DNA of 62,830 bases, filler included, from an uncultured Synergistales bacterium (lineage in GTDB: Bacteria; Synergistota; Synergistia; Synergistales; Aminobacteriaceae): assembly GCA_937897575.1 (NCBI GenBank). It is 7 parts of 7 records of this genome, joined end to end, with 100 filler letters (N's around TTAATTAATTAA, not from the genome) between each part and the next. Parts side by side here need not be neighbours in the genome. Positions count along the whole stretch, not along the records: positions 26,134 to 41,399 come from CALCQG010000042.1; 6 more parts are not named here. One strand, written 5' to 3'. Below, piece after piece: positions 28,568-38,567 of the stretch; position 1 is the stretch's first letter, and each line of letters begins with the position of its first letter. The notes beneath the pieces were generated by a model. That model saw only the letters and a program-made list of their open reading frames with translations, had not been told where the DNA came from and made no database searches. A program made the translations under genes and the position numbers.

Positions 28568-28659
28568 AGCGTGTTCTTCGCACGGGGCGTCCGCTCCGCA
28601 GGAGAGCTGGGGGAGCCCGCCGGAATGGCGGGCTCCCCGTGTCTGAAGGAGGGAGAGGA

Positions 28660-29475
28660 ATGGGACTTGGATTGTACAGGGGGTGCGCCGTCACCATTGC
28701 GGGGAGCGACTCCGGAGGCGGTGCCGGGATTCAGGCGGACCTGAAGTCCTTTGCGGCGCTGAAGGTCTTCGGGATGACGGTGGTGGCCGCGGTCACGGCT
28801 CAGAACAGCCAGGCCGTCACGGCGGTGTGGAACGTCCCGCCCGAGATGGTCCGTTCCCAGATGGACGCCCTCTGGTCCGACTTCCCCGTTGGGGCGGCCA
28901 AGACGGGGATGCTCGGCGTCCCGGAGGTCATCAGGGAGGTGGCCCGGGGCATCGAGCGGTGGCAGGTTGAGCAGCTCGTCATCGACCCCGTCATGATCGC
29001 CCAGAGCGGTGCGTCCCTCATAGCGGACGATGCGGTGGAGGTCCTTCGGAAGGAGCTGCTTCCTCTGGCTCTGCTGGTCACCCCCAACATCCCGGAGGCG
29101 GAGCGCCTTTCGGGACTCCCCATACAGAACATCGACGACATGGAGCGTGCGGCGCGGGCCATCGGCGCCATGGGGCCCAGGGCCGTCCTGGTGAAGGGGG
29201 GGCACATGCTCCAGAAGGACTCGGTGACGGACGTGCTCTTTCATGAGGGAGAAACCCTCCGGTTCGAGGACTCCAGGATCTTCACGGAGAACACCCACGG
29301 CACGGGGTGCACGCTGAGCGCCGCCATCACCGCCGAGTTGGCCGCCGGCGTCTCTCTGCCCGAGGCCGTTCGCCGAGGCAGAGAATATCTCAGGATGGGC
29401 CTTGTCGCCAGCTTCCAGCCCGGGCACGGATGGGGCCCTCTGGGGCACGCCGTCGTCCCGCCATGGGTGGAGTGA
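28660..29475 (+). CDS. thiD: HMP/HMP-P kinase
   Basis: TIAGSDSGGGAGIQADLK, DPVM, TPNIPEAE, KGGH, NTHGTGCTLS. Confidence 0.95.
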   Translation: MGLGLYRGCAVTIAGSDSGGGAGIQADLKSFAALKVFGMTVVAAVTAQNSQAVTAVWNVPPEMVRSQMDALWSDFPVGAAKTGMLGVPEVIREVARGIERWQVEQLVIDPVMIAQSGASLIADDAVEVLRKELLPLALLVTPNIPEAERLSGLPIQNIDDMERAARAIGAMGPRAVLVKGGHMLQKDSVTDVLFHEGETLRFEDSRIFTENTHGTGCTLSAAITAELAAGVSLPEAVRRGREYLRMGLVASFQPGHGWGPLGHAVVPPWVE

Positions 29476-30289
29476 TCGCCCTCTCCTCGGTGACGCCGGC
29501 GGACTGGGCTCGCGCCTGGACGGCGGCACGAGCGGCGAATCCGCTGGTCTACACCATAACGAACTTCGTGGCGGCCCCCCTCCAGGCCAACATCACCCTG
29601 GCCGCCGGCGGGCGACCCCTCATGTCGCGGAATATCCACGAGGCCGGGGAGCTGGCGGCCCGCGCCCCCGTCCTGGTGGTCAACACGGGCACGCCGGACT
29701 CCGAGGGCGACGGGGCCATCCGGCGGGCCATGGAGCGTTCGCCCATGATCCTGCTGGACCCTGTTGGCTACGGGGCATCGTCCTACCGAAGGGCGATGGT
29801 CGACGGCCTCCTTCGGGACTTTCACGTCTCGGTGATCAAGGGAAACTGGGCGGAGGTCTGCCTGCTTGCCGGCATGGAGGTTCCGGCCGACGGCGTGGAT
29901 GCTCCGGGGGGGAATTCAGCCTGCGATGTCCCCAAGGCGGTCCGGACCCTCGCCGAGCGGACGGACGCCTTGGTCTGCGCCACGGGCGCCCGGGACTACG
30001 TGAGCGACGGGCGGAGCGTGCTCTCCTTCTCGGGAGGCAGCGCCCTCATGGCGACGATCTCCGGCGGCGGGTGCGCCCTCGGCTCCCTCATGGCGACCCT
30101 CGCGGCCGGATCGGGGTCCGTTGCACGGCGGCGATCATAGCGCTGCGTCTGGCCGCCGAACGGGCGGAGGCGCGTTCGGCGGGGCCGGGCACCTTTCAGG
30201 CGGCCCTTGTGGACGAACTCTACGTCCTCTCAGGGAGAGATTTCCTTCTGAACGAAAACCAGGCGTGGGTGAGGGGAGAGGGACTATAA
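29472..30289 (+). pseudogene. thiM: Hydroxyethylthiazole kinase, frameshifted near 30120
   Basis: NPLVYTITNFV, LDPVG, IKGN..E, SGGGCALG; C-terminal AAERA...GPGTFQAALVDELY is in another frame. Confidence 0.8.
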
Positions 30290-30661
30290 GTCCTGAAGGA
30301 AGCGATAAAACTCTTTGTCATCATGAGCGAAAAGATGGGTTTCCTCACTTGAAGCTCAGATAGACCTCACTTTGCAAAGCGGCATCGCAATGACCCAGCT
30401 ACGCGATAAACATATGCCTGGGTGAAAGCTCAATGAGATGGCCTGCCAAATGGGAACTCACGTGCGGAATGGGAGGTTCTATGCGTGGCGAACGACCGAC
30501 TTAACGTGAGCCTCACTGCCTGAACTGACGGCATGCATAGCAGTTCCAAAGACATCTCCGCAGCAGAAACCATACGAGTCGTTCCGCAGAGTTTCATCGT
30601 GGCCTATACCGTCTCCATCCTTGACAGCAGCATGCTCCCGACCTTGGGAAAGTACATATAA
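30290..30661 (+). pseudogene. thiE: Thiamine-phosphate synthase remnant
   Basis: Manual translation, split by frameshifts and stops: LKEAIKLFVI / GIAMTQLRDK / NDRLNVSLTA*TDGMH...VVPQSFIV. Confidence 0.75.
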
Positions 30662-30719
30662 AAGAATGAATTGGTATTATGCGATAGACAGAAAGGCCGT
30701 TACCGGGGGGTGAAAAGGA

Positions 30720-33700
30720 TTGGCATCTGAATTATATTCATGGAAGCGTTTTTGGGTTCCATGGGGTAAGACTATTCCGATTGTTGACGACGGCTTCCTT
30801 CTTGATCCTGAAAAGGAATGGGCACGATTCTATTCGCATGACCTTGTGGAATTGGAAGCATTTGATTCGACCCCAGTTGTTTTTCTTCTAGGGGAACCTG
30901 GCTCGGGAAAATCTACGGTACTTAAAACTGAAGTTCAGCGTCTTAAAGACAAGGAAGCTGCACGAGTACTTTGGTTCGATCTTAGGAATATGGATAGTTC
31001 ATCATGGATTAATGATACTATTTTTCAGAATAAAACCATCAGAGAATGGGAAGCAAAAAACTGTACAGGTGTTCTTTACCTTTTACTTGACAGCCTTGAC
31101 GAATCAAGACAGGATCCTGACAGAAACCTATCAAATTTAATGGAGAAAATTGCTAACAAAGGGTGGCCGCTGGATCGTCTGAGACTCAGGGTTGCTTGCC
31201 GGACAGCCGTATTTCCGCGTGGTTCTTTTGAAAAAAGCGTTCTTTTATTTCCCGAAGCTCAAAATAGCGAAGAGAAATACCCAGTTCTTCAGCTTGTCTC
31301 TCTGAGAAGAGAAGATGTAGTTGTAGCGGCAAGAGTGAACGGAATTCTTCCTGATAAATTTCTTGACGAAGTGCGGCGCCTCGGAGCAGAAACGTCAGCT
31401 GCTAATCCTCTTTTCCTTGATCTGCTGTTTCAGATTTATAAAGAAAAGAAGTCGCTTCCCAAGCATAAATGTGAATTATTGAAGGATGGATGTCTGCTCT
31501 TCTGCGAAAACGGATCAGAAGACTACACGTCGAAACAGCTCTTTATAGCAGCATCGAAAATCGCGATTTTTTCTTTGCTATCAGGTCGGAGAGATATCAA
31601 AGCGTCGTTCCATGTGTCGGATAAATATCTCTCTGTACGGACGCTGGCTTATGGCACTGAAGCATATGAGGGGCAGATGTTTGATATTACCGAGGGCCTT
31701 CTCAGTGCCGCTCTCGAAACAGGGCTTTTTTCTCGGTCCGAAACAGAGGTCTTTGTGTTTTCGCATCAAAGTTACGCTGATTTTCTTGGGGCGGAGTATC
31801 TTCGCCATAGAGGTCTTTCAGTTGAGCAGCTGATGAACCTTTTTTTCTTGTCGAGTATGGAAGCAGTTGTTCCGCAACTGCGCGATCTTATCGTTTGGAT
31901 GATTCCGTCGAATGATGAGCTTTTTAAAATACTCCTTGAGCGAGATCCGTTGCTTCTCATCGAATCTGATTCGCTCAGTTCTTCTCAGCGTGAAACCCTT
32001 GTTTGTATTCTCCTGAGGAAGGTCGACTGGGTAAAAATCTCTTGGGAAAAAAGGGATAGGGTACGTCATTTCTACCGAAATCTTAACTATCCTGATTTAG
32101 ACAACATACTTCGACCGTTGATAGGGTCTTCAGGGGATGACCCCTACAGACGGCAAGTGTCAATTGACATTGCTGGAACGTGTAGGATTGAAACCCTTGT
32201 CCCTGAACTCTCAGCATGTCTCAATGATAAAGATGAGTTCACCACGATACGTCGTGATGCGGCGATTGCGTTGGGACGAATAGGCACCCGAGAGGCTCTA
32301 ATGGTGCTTCGTCCTTTTTTAGAGGAATTGCCTGCTGACGAAGATATTGAAAGAAAGTTGCAATATGTAGCCTTCTCCTTTCTCTGGCCGGATCACCTCA
32401 GCCCTTCCGACTTTTTTGAATGTATTGGCCGATTCTCTGACCGTGACTTGGGTATACTGGGCACATATTTCGCTATTACTGACATTGTCTCTTCATCTTG
32501 GGATAAAAAGGATTTCCTGGTTGGACTACTGTGGATGAGAAACTACGAGCTCTCACGAACGAAGAAGGACGATGGTCGTACTCCTTTTGGTTATTTCGAG
32601 AAGATGGAAGATGAATTGTTATTGGGTTCGATCCAATACCTTTATGATAGTACGGTACGTAACGTTTTTGTAGAAGCACTCACTGCTCGCTTCCATAATC
32701 AACATATAATCGTGTCTGATCAAAAAAAGCGATCATCATTGCAAAGAAAGATTGCGGAAAGTGAGGTCGATGTGCAGAGAAGTATTCTATCGACCTTAGT
32801 GAAAAGTAGCGATGATTGGTCGACTTGGGTAATTGTGGGATCAGAACTTGATCTTCCTTTACCGGAGATGTTGCCCTGGATTCTCGAAAAATGCGAAGAG
32901 GCGTTTTTCGAATCGGGCTGTGGCGGAGAAAATTACACTTCCCGATGGTTAGATCTAATATGGAGAATTGCAGACTGTACAGACCCAAGTCATATCGAAA
33001 TGATCAGGGATAAGCACGTTGATATTCCAGCTTTTGCCGATAAGTTCAGATGGTTGTCAAGCGAAGATGCTGACAAAACAGCTGAAGAAATTGCTGAAGT
33101 TATACGGAAGAGGGAACAGGAAAACCAAGAAGCCGCTTTTCGAATGTGCGCCGAGAGGTCTTTACAAGAACGAATCGATAGGTTATCGAAGAGAATTACG
33201 GAAAACAAAGAGTCAATATATTGGACAAGCCTACTTGCAGAAATTGGAGAAATCGAAGGGTTATGCGCTTTCGATATCACAGAAACTGCTATATGGAAGG
33301 AATGTGATGAACCGCAGCGCAGCACAATCCTTGATACAGCTGAACTGTTCTTGCAGAGAGCGACGTTTCCTGAGAAAACGCTTGGGTCAGGCATATATTA
33401 TGATTATGAGCATGCCATAACAAGAGCGTACTTCCTCCTTGAAGTGTGCCGTCCCCAAGTTCTCAATTCCTTTCTGGAAGATGTTTGGCAGAGACATTTG
33501 CCGTTCCTCTTAGATGGCGAATTTGGTTGGAATAATGAAGATGACGCGCAGAATGAGATTATTGGTCAAATAGTAAAAAAGGGGTACGAGAAACACCCCT
33601 CACGTTTTCTTGAGATTATTGAAGTGCTGTTGCGCAATGCTGAAAGAGGAATCTCTCATTTTCTTGCAGACCAGCTCAGTTTTTTATGGGGTGCCAGCAT

Positions 33701-34964
33701 TCGTGATCTACTCAGAGGACTTCTTGATCAGGCTTTGAATCCGGAGACTTTTAGACGTTTGCTGGTTCTTTTCCTGGATCGAGACGATGCTGAAGCAAAA
33801 GAACTTGTCAGAAAGATATTGAGAGGCGAGACTCCATGGAATGATCTCACGGCAAATGCCGAAAGGATCCTACAAGCGATCCGCGTTGTCATGAGATTCC
33901 CATCTAGTGTGGATTGGTCTGATTTTATGACCTTTCTCAATTCAGACGATGATATTGCCAAAAAAGTTACACTGGACATAGCAGATCATTCTTTCGAACG
34001 TTCCTTTTTCTCGACAGAGTTGCGTACACCCTCTGAACTCGGAGCATTTTACCTTCGGGTGAGCGAAATATTTCCACCTGGAGAGGACCCTAAGTGGACA
34101 AGGCATGACGGCCAAGAGTTAACTGCCCGGCATATGGTTTCCGAATTACGGGCGAAGGTGTTGGAAAATATTATATTAGCAGGAACTTCCGAGGCTCTAA
34201 TTGTATTAAAAGAAATACAGAAAAAAATTCCAGAAATACCGGCTGACTCCATAACACGAGCGCAGGATAATCTGTACGCTAACAGTTGGCAACCGTTCTC
34301 TCCCGAAATACTACGCTGTTATTTTGAAAAAACTGACAGGCGTTTCGTGCATTCCCCAGAACAACTCCTTGAAGTGCTCTTGGGGTCACTGCGGCGAATG
34401 GAACGAATATTGCAAGGTGAGACTCCAAGAGTCATAAGGCTATGGAATGAAGATAATGAGAATCGTAGAGATATTTTTTGGCCTAAGTCGGAGAACAGGC
34501 TTTCTGACGAAGTGAAATTCCACTTTGAGGATGATCTGAGAGATCGAGGGATCATTGTGAACAGAGAGGTGGAGATCAGACCTACTACAACCTCCGGATC
34601 AGGGGAGAGGGTGGATCTGTATGTGAGCGCTGTTTCTACGGAGAGTACGTGTGCTTGGAAAACTATTACCGTTGTTATCGAGATAAAAGGAAGTTGGAAT
34701 AAGGAAGTTCAATCTGCTATGGAAACTCAATTAGCTAGTGAATATCTCAAGGATTCAAAAGCACATTGCGGTATATATCTGGTTGGTTTTTTCGACTGCG
34801 ACCCCAAGCAATTCAAGAAGCGTGACTCCAAAAAACCGCGGTGGAACACTCTTGCAGACGGAAAAAAAGCGCTTGAATTGCAGGCAAAAGTGCTCACAGA
34901 TTCCGAGCCTGTTGTTGTGAAATCTTTTGTGCTTGATTGTTGCCTCCACAATGAGGAAGTATGA
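30720..34964 (+). CDS. NACHT/STAND NTPase with HEAT-like repeats and C-terminal PD-(D/E)xK nuclease-like domain; putative anti-phage defence protein
   Basis: Walker A GEPGSGKST, Walker B LLLDSLDE, VACR, NPLFL, FSHQSYADFLGA, HEAT RRDAAIALGRIG, C-terminal E..LSD...NREVE...RVDLYV...IEIKG; AT-rich. Confidence 0.75.
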   Translation: MASELYSWKRFWVPWGKTIPIVDDGFLLDPEKEWARFYSHDLVELEAFDSTPVVFLLGEPGSGKSTVLKTEVQRLKDKEAARVLWFDLRNMDSSSWINDTIFQNKTIREWEAKNCTGVLYLLLDSLDESRQDPDRNLSNLMEKIANKGWPLDRLRLRVACRTAVFPRGSFEKSVLLFPEAQNSEEKYPVLQLVSLRREDVVVAARVNGILPDKFLDEVRRLGAETSAANPLFLDLLFQIYKEKKSLPKHKCELLKDGCLLFCENGSEDYTSKQLFIAASKIAIFSLLSGRRDIKASFHVSDKYLSVRTLAYGTEAYEGQMFDITEGLLSAALETGLFSRSETEVFVFSHQSYADFLGAEYLRHRGLSVEQLMNLFFLSSMEAVVPQLRDLIVWMIPSNDELFKILLERDPLLLIESDSLSSSQRETLVCILLRKVDWVKISWEKRDRVRHFYRNLNYPDLDNILRPLIGSSGDDPYRRQVSIDIAGTCRIETLVPELSACLNDKDEFTTIRRDAAIALGRIGTREALMVLRPFLEELPADEDIERKLQYVAFSFLWPDHLSPSDFFECIGRFSDRDLGILGTYFAITDIVSSSWDKKDFLVGLLWMRNYELSRTKKDDGRTPFGYFEKMEDELLLGSIQYLYDSTVRNVFVEALTARFHNQHIIVSDQKKRSSLQRKIAESEVDVQRSILSTLVKSSDDWSTWVIVGSELDLPLPEMLPWILEKCEEAFFESGCGGENYTSRWLDLIWRIADCTDPSHIEMIRDKHVDIPAFADKFRWLSSEDADKTAEEIAEVIRKREQENQEAAFRMCAERSLQERIDRLSKRITENKESIYWTSLLAEIGEIEGLCAFDITETAIWKECDEPQRSTILDTAELFLQRATFPEKTLGSGIYYDYEHAITRAYFLLEVCRPQVLNSFLEDVWQRHLPFLLDGEFGWNNEDDAQNEIIGQIVKKGYEKHPSRFLEIIEVLLRNAERGISHFLADQLSFLWGASIRDLLRGLLDQALNPETFRRLLVLFLDRDDAEAKELVRKILRGETPWNDLTANAERILQAIRVVMRFPSSVDWSDFMTFLNSDDDIAKKVTLDIADHSFERSFFSTELRTPSELGAFYLRVSEIFPPGEDPKWTRHDGQELTARHMVSELRAKVLENIILAGTSEALIVLKEIQKKIPEIPADSITRAQDNLYANSWQPFSPEILRCYFEKTDRRFVHSPEQLLEVLLGSLRRMERILQGETPRVIRLWNEDNENRRDIFWPKSENRLSDEVKFHFEDDLRDRGIIVNREVEIRPTTTSGSGERVDLYVSAVSTESTCAWKTITVVIEIKGSWNKEVQSAMETQLASEYLKDSKAHCGIYLVGFFDCDPKQFKKRDSKKPRWNTLADGKKALELQAKVLTDSEPVVVKSFVLDCCLHNEEV

Positions 34965-35076
34965 GATACACTATTGTTTTGAGGGTACGAGAAATGCATT
35001 CCATGTTAGGTTGCTACTGCTGACCCTAGGGTAGAAAGACGAGACAACGAGACTGGAGCAGTGCAAGAGGTGCATG

Positions 35077-35119
35077 AAAAAAGAGAGGGTGGACTCACAG
35101 GTGAGTCCACCCTCTCTTT
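35077..35119. terminator. Bidirectional terminator between NACHT gene and thiW
   Basis: AAAGAGAGGGTGGACTCAC-AG-GTGAGTCCACCCTCTCTTT. Confidence 0.85.
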
Positions 35120-35130
35120 ACTCTCGATAT

Positions 35131-35673
35131 TTATTTCGCTCCGTTCTCCCCCGACTGCACGTACCGGGCCAGGGGTGTTTTCCGTAACACATGGAGCAGC
35201 ACGCCTCCCAGCAGGGCTCCGGGGACACTGCTTGCCGAGAAGGCGACCACAAGGGTCCATAGGCCCACGGATCGCCCCATGGCGGGGCCGAGGATGAGCG
35301 AGGCGATGGCCGCCCCGATGAGCCCCGTCCCGACGGGTTCCGCCAAAGCCGCCCAGGGTTTTTTGAACAGGCGGAAGGCGTACCCTGCGAGGAAGGCCCC
35401 CGGGATGCTTCCGGGGAAGGCGAAGAGGGTCCCGGTGCCCATCATGTTGCGGAGCAGGCTTGTGACGAAGGCGGCCCCCGAGGCCCACCACGGCCCGAGA
35501 AGAGCGCCGGCGAGCACGTTCACCGTGTGCTGGAAGGGGTAGCACTTCGTCGGACCCATGGGGAAGTTCACCCCCGAGAGCAGAATGGACGCCGCCACGA
35601 AGAGCCCGGCGAGGGTCGTCTGCACGAGCGTGTTGTGAGCCCTTCCCTCTTTATCGAGCGACGACGATTTCAT
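35131..35673 (-). CDS. thiW: ECF S-component ThiW
   Basis: PFQHTVNVLAG.LLGP, LLRNMMGTGTLFAFPGS, EPVGTG. Confidence 0.92.
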   Translation of the reverse strand: MKSSSLDKEGRAHNTLVQTTLAGLFVAASILLSGVNFPMGPTKCYPFQHTVNVLAGALLGPWWASGAAFVTSLLRNMMGTGTLFAFPGSIPGAFLAGYAFRLFKKPWAALAEPVGTGLIGAAIASLILGPAMGRSVGLWTLVVAFSASSVPGALLGGVLLHVLRKTPLARYVQSGENGAK

Positions 35674-36583
35674 CGGTGTTCACCTCTTTTTGAATCATGC
35701 CGTGCCGCAGGGCGAAGGCGGCGAAGGTCCTCCATCGCGCCGGGTCGAGGAGTGTATCCGGGCCGAAGAACGGGAGGGTGCGCTCGAAGGCGGCCCTCTC
35801 CATGTCCTTCGGAGCGTCGGGCACGGCTTTAAAATAGAGCGCGAGCGCCTCCTCCGGTCGCTCCGCCGTGAAGGCGATGGCCTTTTCGATGGTGTCCATA
35901 AAGCGGACGAGGGCGTCCTTCTTCGTCTCGTAGGCGGAGGCCCCGGTCACGAAGACGAGCTCGTCGTACACGGGGATGCCCCATCGCTCGATCTCGAAAT
36001 AGCCGGGGTCGAAGCCCTCCATCTCGAGGGAGACGGGTTCGTAGTTCTTGAAGGGGCCCATGACGGCGTCCACCGTGCCCGAGGCGAGGGACTGGAGGAT
36101 GGAGAACCCCACGTTGACCGTTGTGTATTCGTCGATCCCGTTGATGGCCGCGAACGCCTCGGTGAGGTGGTCCATCATGCCGGGGACGGTGTAGCCGATG
36201 GTCTTTCCCTTCAGGTCGGAGGGCGATTCGATCCCTCGCCCCCGTATGAAGAGGAGGGTGGTGAGGGGGCTCCCCACGAGGCGCCCCGCCGCCTTCAGCG
36301 GAATGCCCTCCGCCGCCGCTATGATGATCTGCGGCTGATAGGAGAGGGCGAGGTCCACGTTGCCCGACGCGGCGAGCTTCAGGGGGTCGGCGCTCTCCGT
36401 GGGACTCTGGACCTCCAGGGAGATCCCCGCTTCGGCGAACATGCCCGATTCAAGGGCAACGTAGATTGGGACATGGTCCACGTTGGGGAACCAGTCGAGC
36501 ATGAGGACCAGTCTTTCGGCTCCCCGCGCCGGAGAGGCGAGGAGAGCGAGGAGCAGCGCGAGAAGCGGCAGCGTTCTTTTCAT
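35651..36583 (-). CDS. ABC substrate-binding protein, NMT1/ThiY-like
   Basis: Signal peptide MKRTLPLL; LMLDWFPNVDH, SYQP, DLKGKTIG. Confidence 0.88.
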   Translation of the reverse strand: MKRTLPLLALLLALLASPARGAERLVLMLDWFPNVDHVPIYVALESGMFAEAGISLEVQSPTESADPLKLAASGNVDLALSYQPQIIIAAAEGIPLKAAGRLVGSPLTTLLFIRGRGIESPSDLKGKTIGYTVPGMMDHLTEAFAAINGIDEYTTVNVGFSILQSLASGTVDAVMGPFKNYEPVSLEMEGFDPGYFEIERWGIPVYDELVFVTGASAYETKKDALVRFMDTIEKAIAFTAERPEEALALYFKAVPDAPKDMERAAFERTLPFFGPDTLLDPARWRTFAAFALRHGMIQKEVNTDEIVVAR

Positions 36584-36825
36584 TTCCTGTTTCCTCCTTG
36601 GTCTCGGATACAAACTGTGCTCCATTTTCAATGGCGGCGCTCCGTCCAGGCGTGACGACGATGAGAGTGTCTCCCTGGCATCCCGGGCGCTGCGGGGCGG
36701 GTCGCCGTGGCCCCGAACCTCCTGTTTCCCCGACTGAGGGGTGCGTCGACGCCCTGTTGAGGCGGGCCGCCTGTCGTCCTCTCGCCCTCGGGGGGCCCAC
36801 GATACGCTCATGATCCACGAAGGCG

Positions 36826-37575
36826 TCATCTCCTCGTCTCATCCCGCCACCGGACGGTTCTTCGTTCGACGAGGGAGACGGCGTGCCAGAGCCCGAGCCC
36901 CACGAGAGAGAGGACCACGATGGCGGCGAAGACCAGGTCCACCCGGAGCCTGGCGTTGCCCTGCATCATGAGGAACCCGAGCCCCTTCTGAGACCCCACC
37001 CATTCACCGATGACGGCGCCGATGGTGGCCACGGAGACGCTGACCCGGAGCCCGGCGAAGAAGTAGGGGAGCGCCCAGGGCCAGTACAGCAGGCGGAAGG
37101 TGGTTCGAAAGTCCGCCCCCATGGCCGAGAAGAGGGTCACGAGGTCGGGATCGCAGCTCTTGAAGCCCTGAAGCAGGGTGACCGCCAAGGGAAAGAAGAT
37201 GATCACCGCCGCCATGACGACCTTGCTCCCCATGCCGTAGCCGAACCACACGATGAGCAGGGGCGCGGCGGCGAAGGCGGGGATGGCCTGGGATGCCACG
37301 AGAAGAGGCGAGAGGCCCCGCTCCATGGAGGACGAGAAGAACATGAGGATGGAGAGCGGGACCGCCACGGCGAGGGAGAGCGCTATGCCGAGCAGGATCT
37401 CCGCTCCCGTGACAAGGCCGTGGCGGGCGAGGAGCGGGGCCTCGCGCACAAGCACGGCGGCGATGCGCGACGGGGCGGGGAGAAGGTAGGCCGGGATGCC
37501 CCTCCACCGGCAGAGGACCTCCCAGGCGAGGAGGAACAGGGCCGTCACGGCGAGGGGAGCGGCGGCGCGCCTCAT
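36826..37575 (-). CDS. ABC permease (ThiX/SsuC-like)
   Basis: LPAPS, QAIP, WALPYFFAGLR, GEWVGSQKGLG. Confidence 0.9.
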   Translation of the reverse strand: MRRAAAPLAVTALFLLAWEVLCRWRGIPAYLLPAPSRIAAVLVREAPLLARHGLVTGAEILLGIALSLAVAVPLSILMFFSSSMERGLSPLLVASQAIPAFAAAPLLIVWFGYGMGSKVVMAAVIIFFPLAVTLLQGFKSCDPDLVTLFSAMGADFRTTFRLLYWPWALPYFFAGLRVSVSVATIGAVIGEWVGSQKGLGFLMMQGNARLRVDLVFAAIVVLSLVGLGLWHAVSLVERRTVRWRDETRR

Positions 37576-38315
37576 GCGGGGACACCGTCCCCTCGTTCGA
37601 GGACCGACAGGATGTGGCCCTTCACATGGCGCAGATCGTGGAGCGATTCGTCCCTGGGCTTGCCCACGGGCAGTTCGATGACCTCCGTCACCCTCATGGG
37701 GGCCGGGGAGAGCAGGACGATCCTGTCCGCCAGAAGCAGCGCATCGTCCACGTCATGGGTCACCATGAGGATGGTCTTTCCGAAGCGGGACTGGAGGGAC
37801 AGCAGGAGGCTCCGCAGGGAGTGCCGGGTGATGGCGTCCACGGCCGAGAGGGGCTCGTCCAGCAGGGCGAGGGGGGCACGGAAGAGGATGGTCCGGGCCA
37901 GGGCGCACCGCTGGGCCATTCCCCCGGAGACCTGGCGGGGGTAGTGGTTCCCGAAGCCCGAGAGGCCGAGGAAATCGAAGAGCTCCGCCGCCTCCTGCCG
38001 GTCTTTTTCCGACGGGATCCTCTGCACCATGACGGGGAGCAGGGCGTTCTCCAGAAGCGTGCGCCAGGGCAGGAGCAGATCCTTCTGGGCCATGTAGGCC
38101 CCCCGCCCCCGCAGATCGGGGACCTCGATGCCGTCCAGGACGAGGGACCCGCCGTCTCTGGGCAGGACGCCCATGAGCAGCCTGAAGAGCGTGCTCTTGC
38201 CGCACCCGGACGGGCCGATGAGCACCGTGAAGCTCCCCGTCGGAACGGTGAGGGAGAAGTCCGTCAGAGTATCGTACCCGTCGAAATTTTTGGCGACCCT
38301 TCGGATCTCGAACAT
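37572..38315 (-). CDS. ABC ATPase (ThiZ/SsuB-like)
   Basis: GPSGCGKST, SGGMAQR, LLDEP, VTHD. Confidence 0.92.
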   Translation of the reverse strand: MFEIRRVAKNFDGYDTLTDFSLTVPTGSFTVLIGPSGCGKSTLFRLLMGVLPRDGGSLVLDGIEVPDLRGRGAYMAQKDLLLPWRTLLENALLPVMVQRIPSEKDRQEAAELFDFLGLSGFGNHYPRQVSGGMAQRCALARTILFRAPLALLDEPLSAVDAITRHSLRSLLLSLQSRFGKTILMVTHDVDDALLLADRIVLLSPAPMRVTEVIELPVGKPRDESLHDLRHVKGHILSVLERGDGVPA

Positions 38316-38380
38316 GAGAAAACTCCCGGCTGGTCTGCCGGGAGCGGTAAGGACGGAGGATTTTTCGAAATATCCCAAAC

Positions 38381-38472
38381 GCACTTCCCTTCGCCGGCAT
38401 GACCCGGATCAGGTTCCAGGGGTCGGGACCTGCAAGTCCCCTCTCAGCCGGTTCACGCCGACTCCCCCAGTA
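38381..38472 (-). ncRNA. TPP riboswitch
   Basis: GGGGAGTC...GGCTGAGAGG...GACCC..GAACCTGATCCGGGTCATGCCGGCGAAGGGAAG, canonical. Confidence 0.95.
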
Positions 38473-38567
38473 GCTGTCGGTGCATACCATACCTCCTCCC
38501 GCCCTCTTTGTCAAACACCATTATTTGAACGGACGGTGGAAAAGGGGCATAATGACTGTGGGGAGGG

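Noticed and set aside
34965..35076. Possible C-terminal remnant of thiE (…ADPR…) after the NACHT gene
   Set aside because: Similarity too weak to support by eye.
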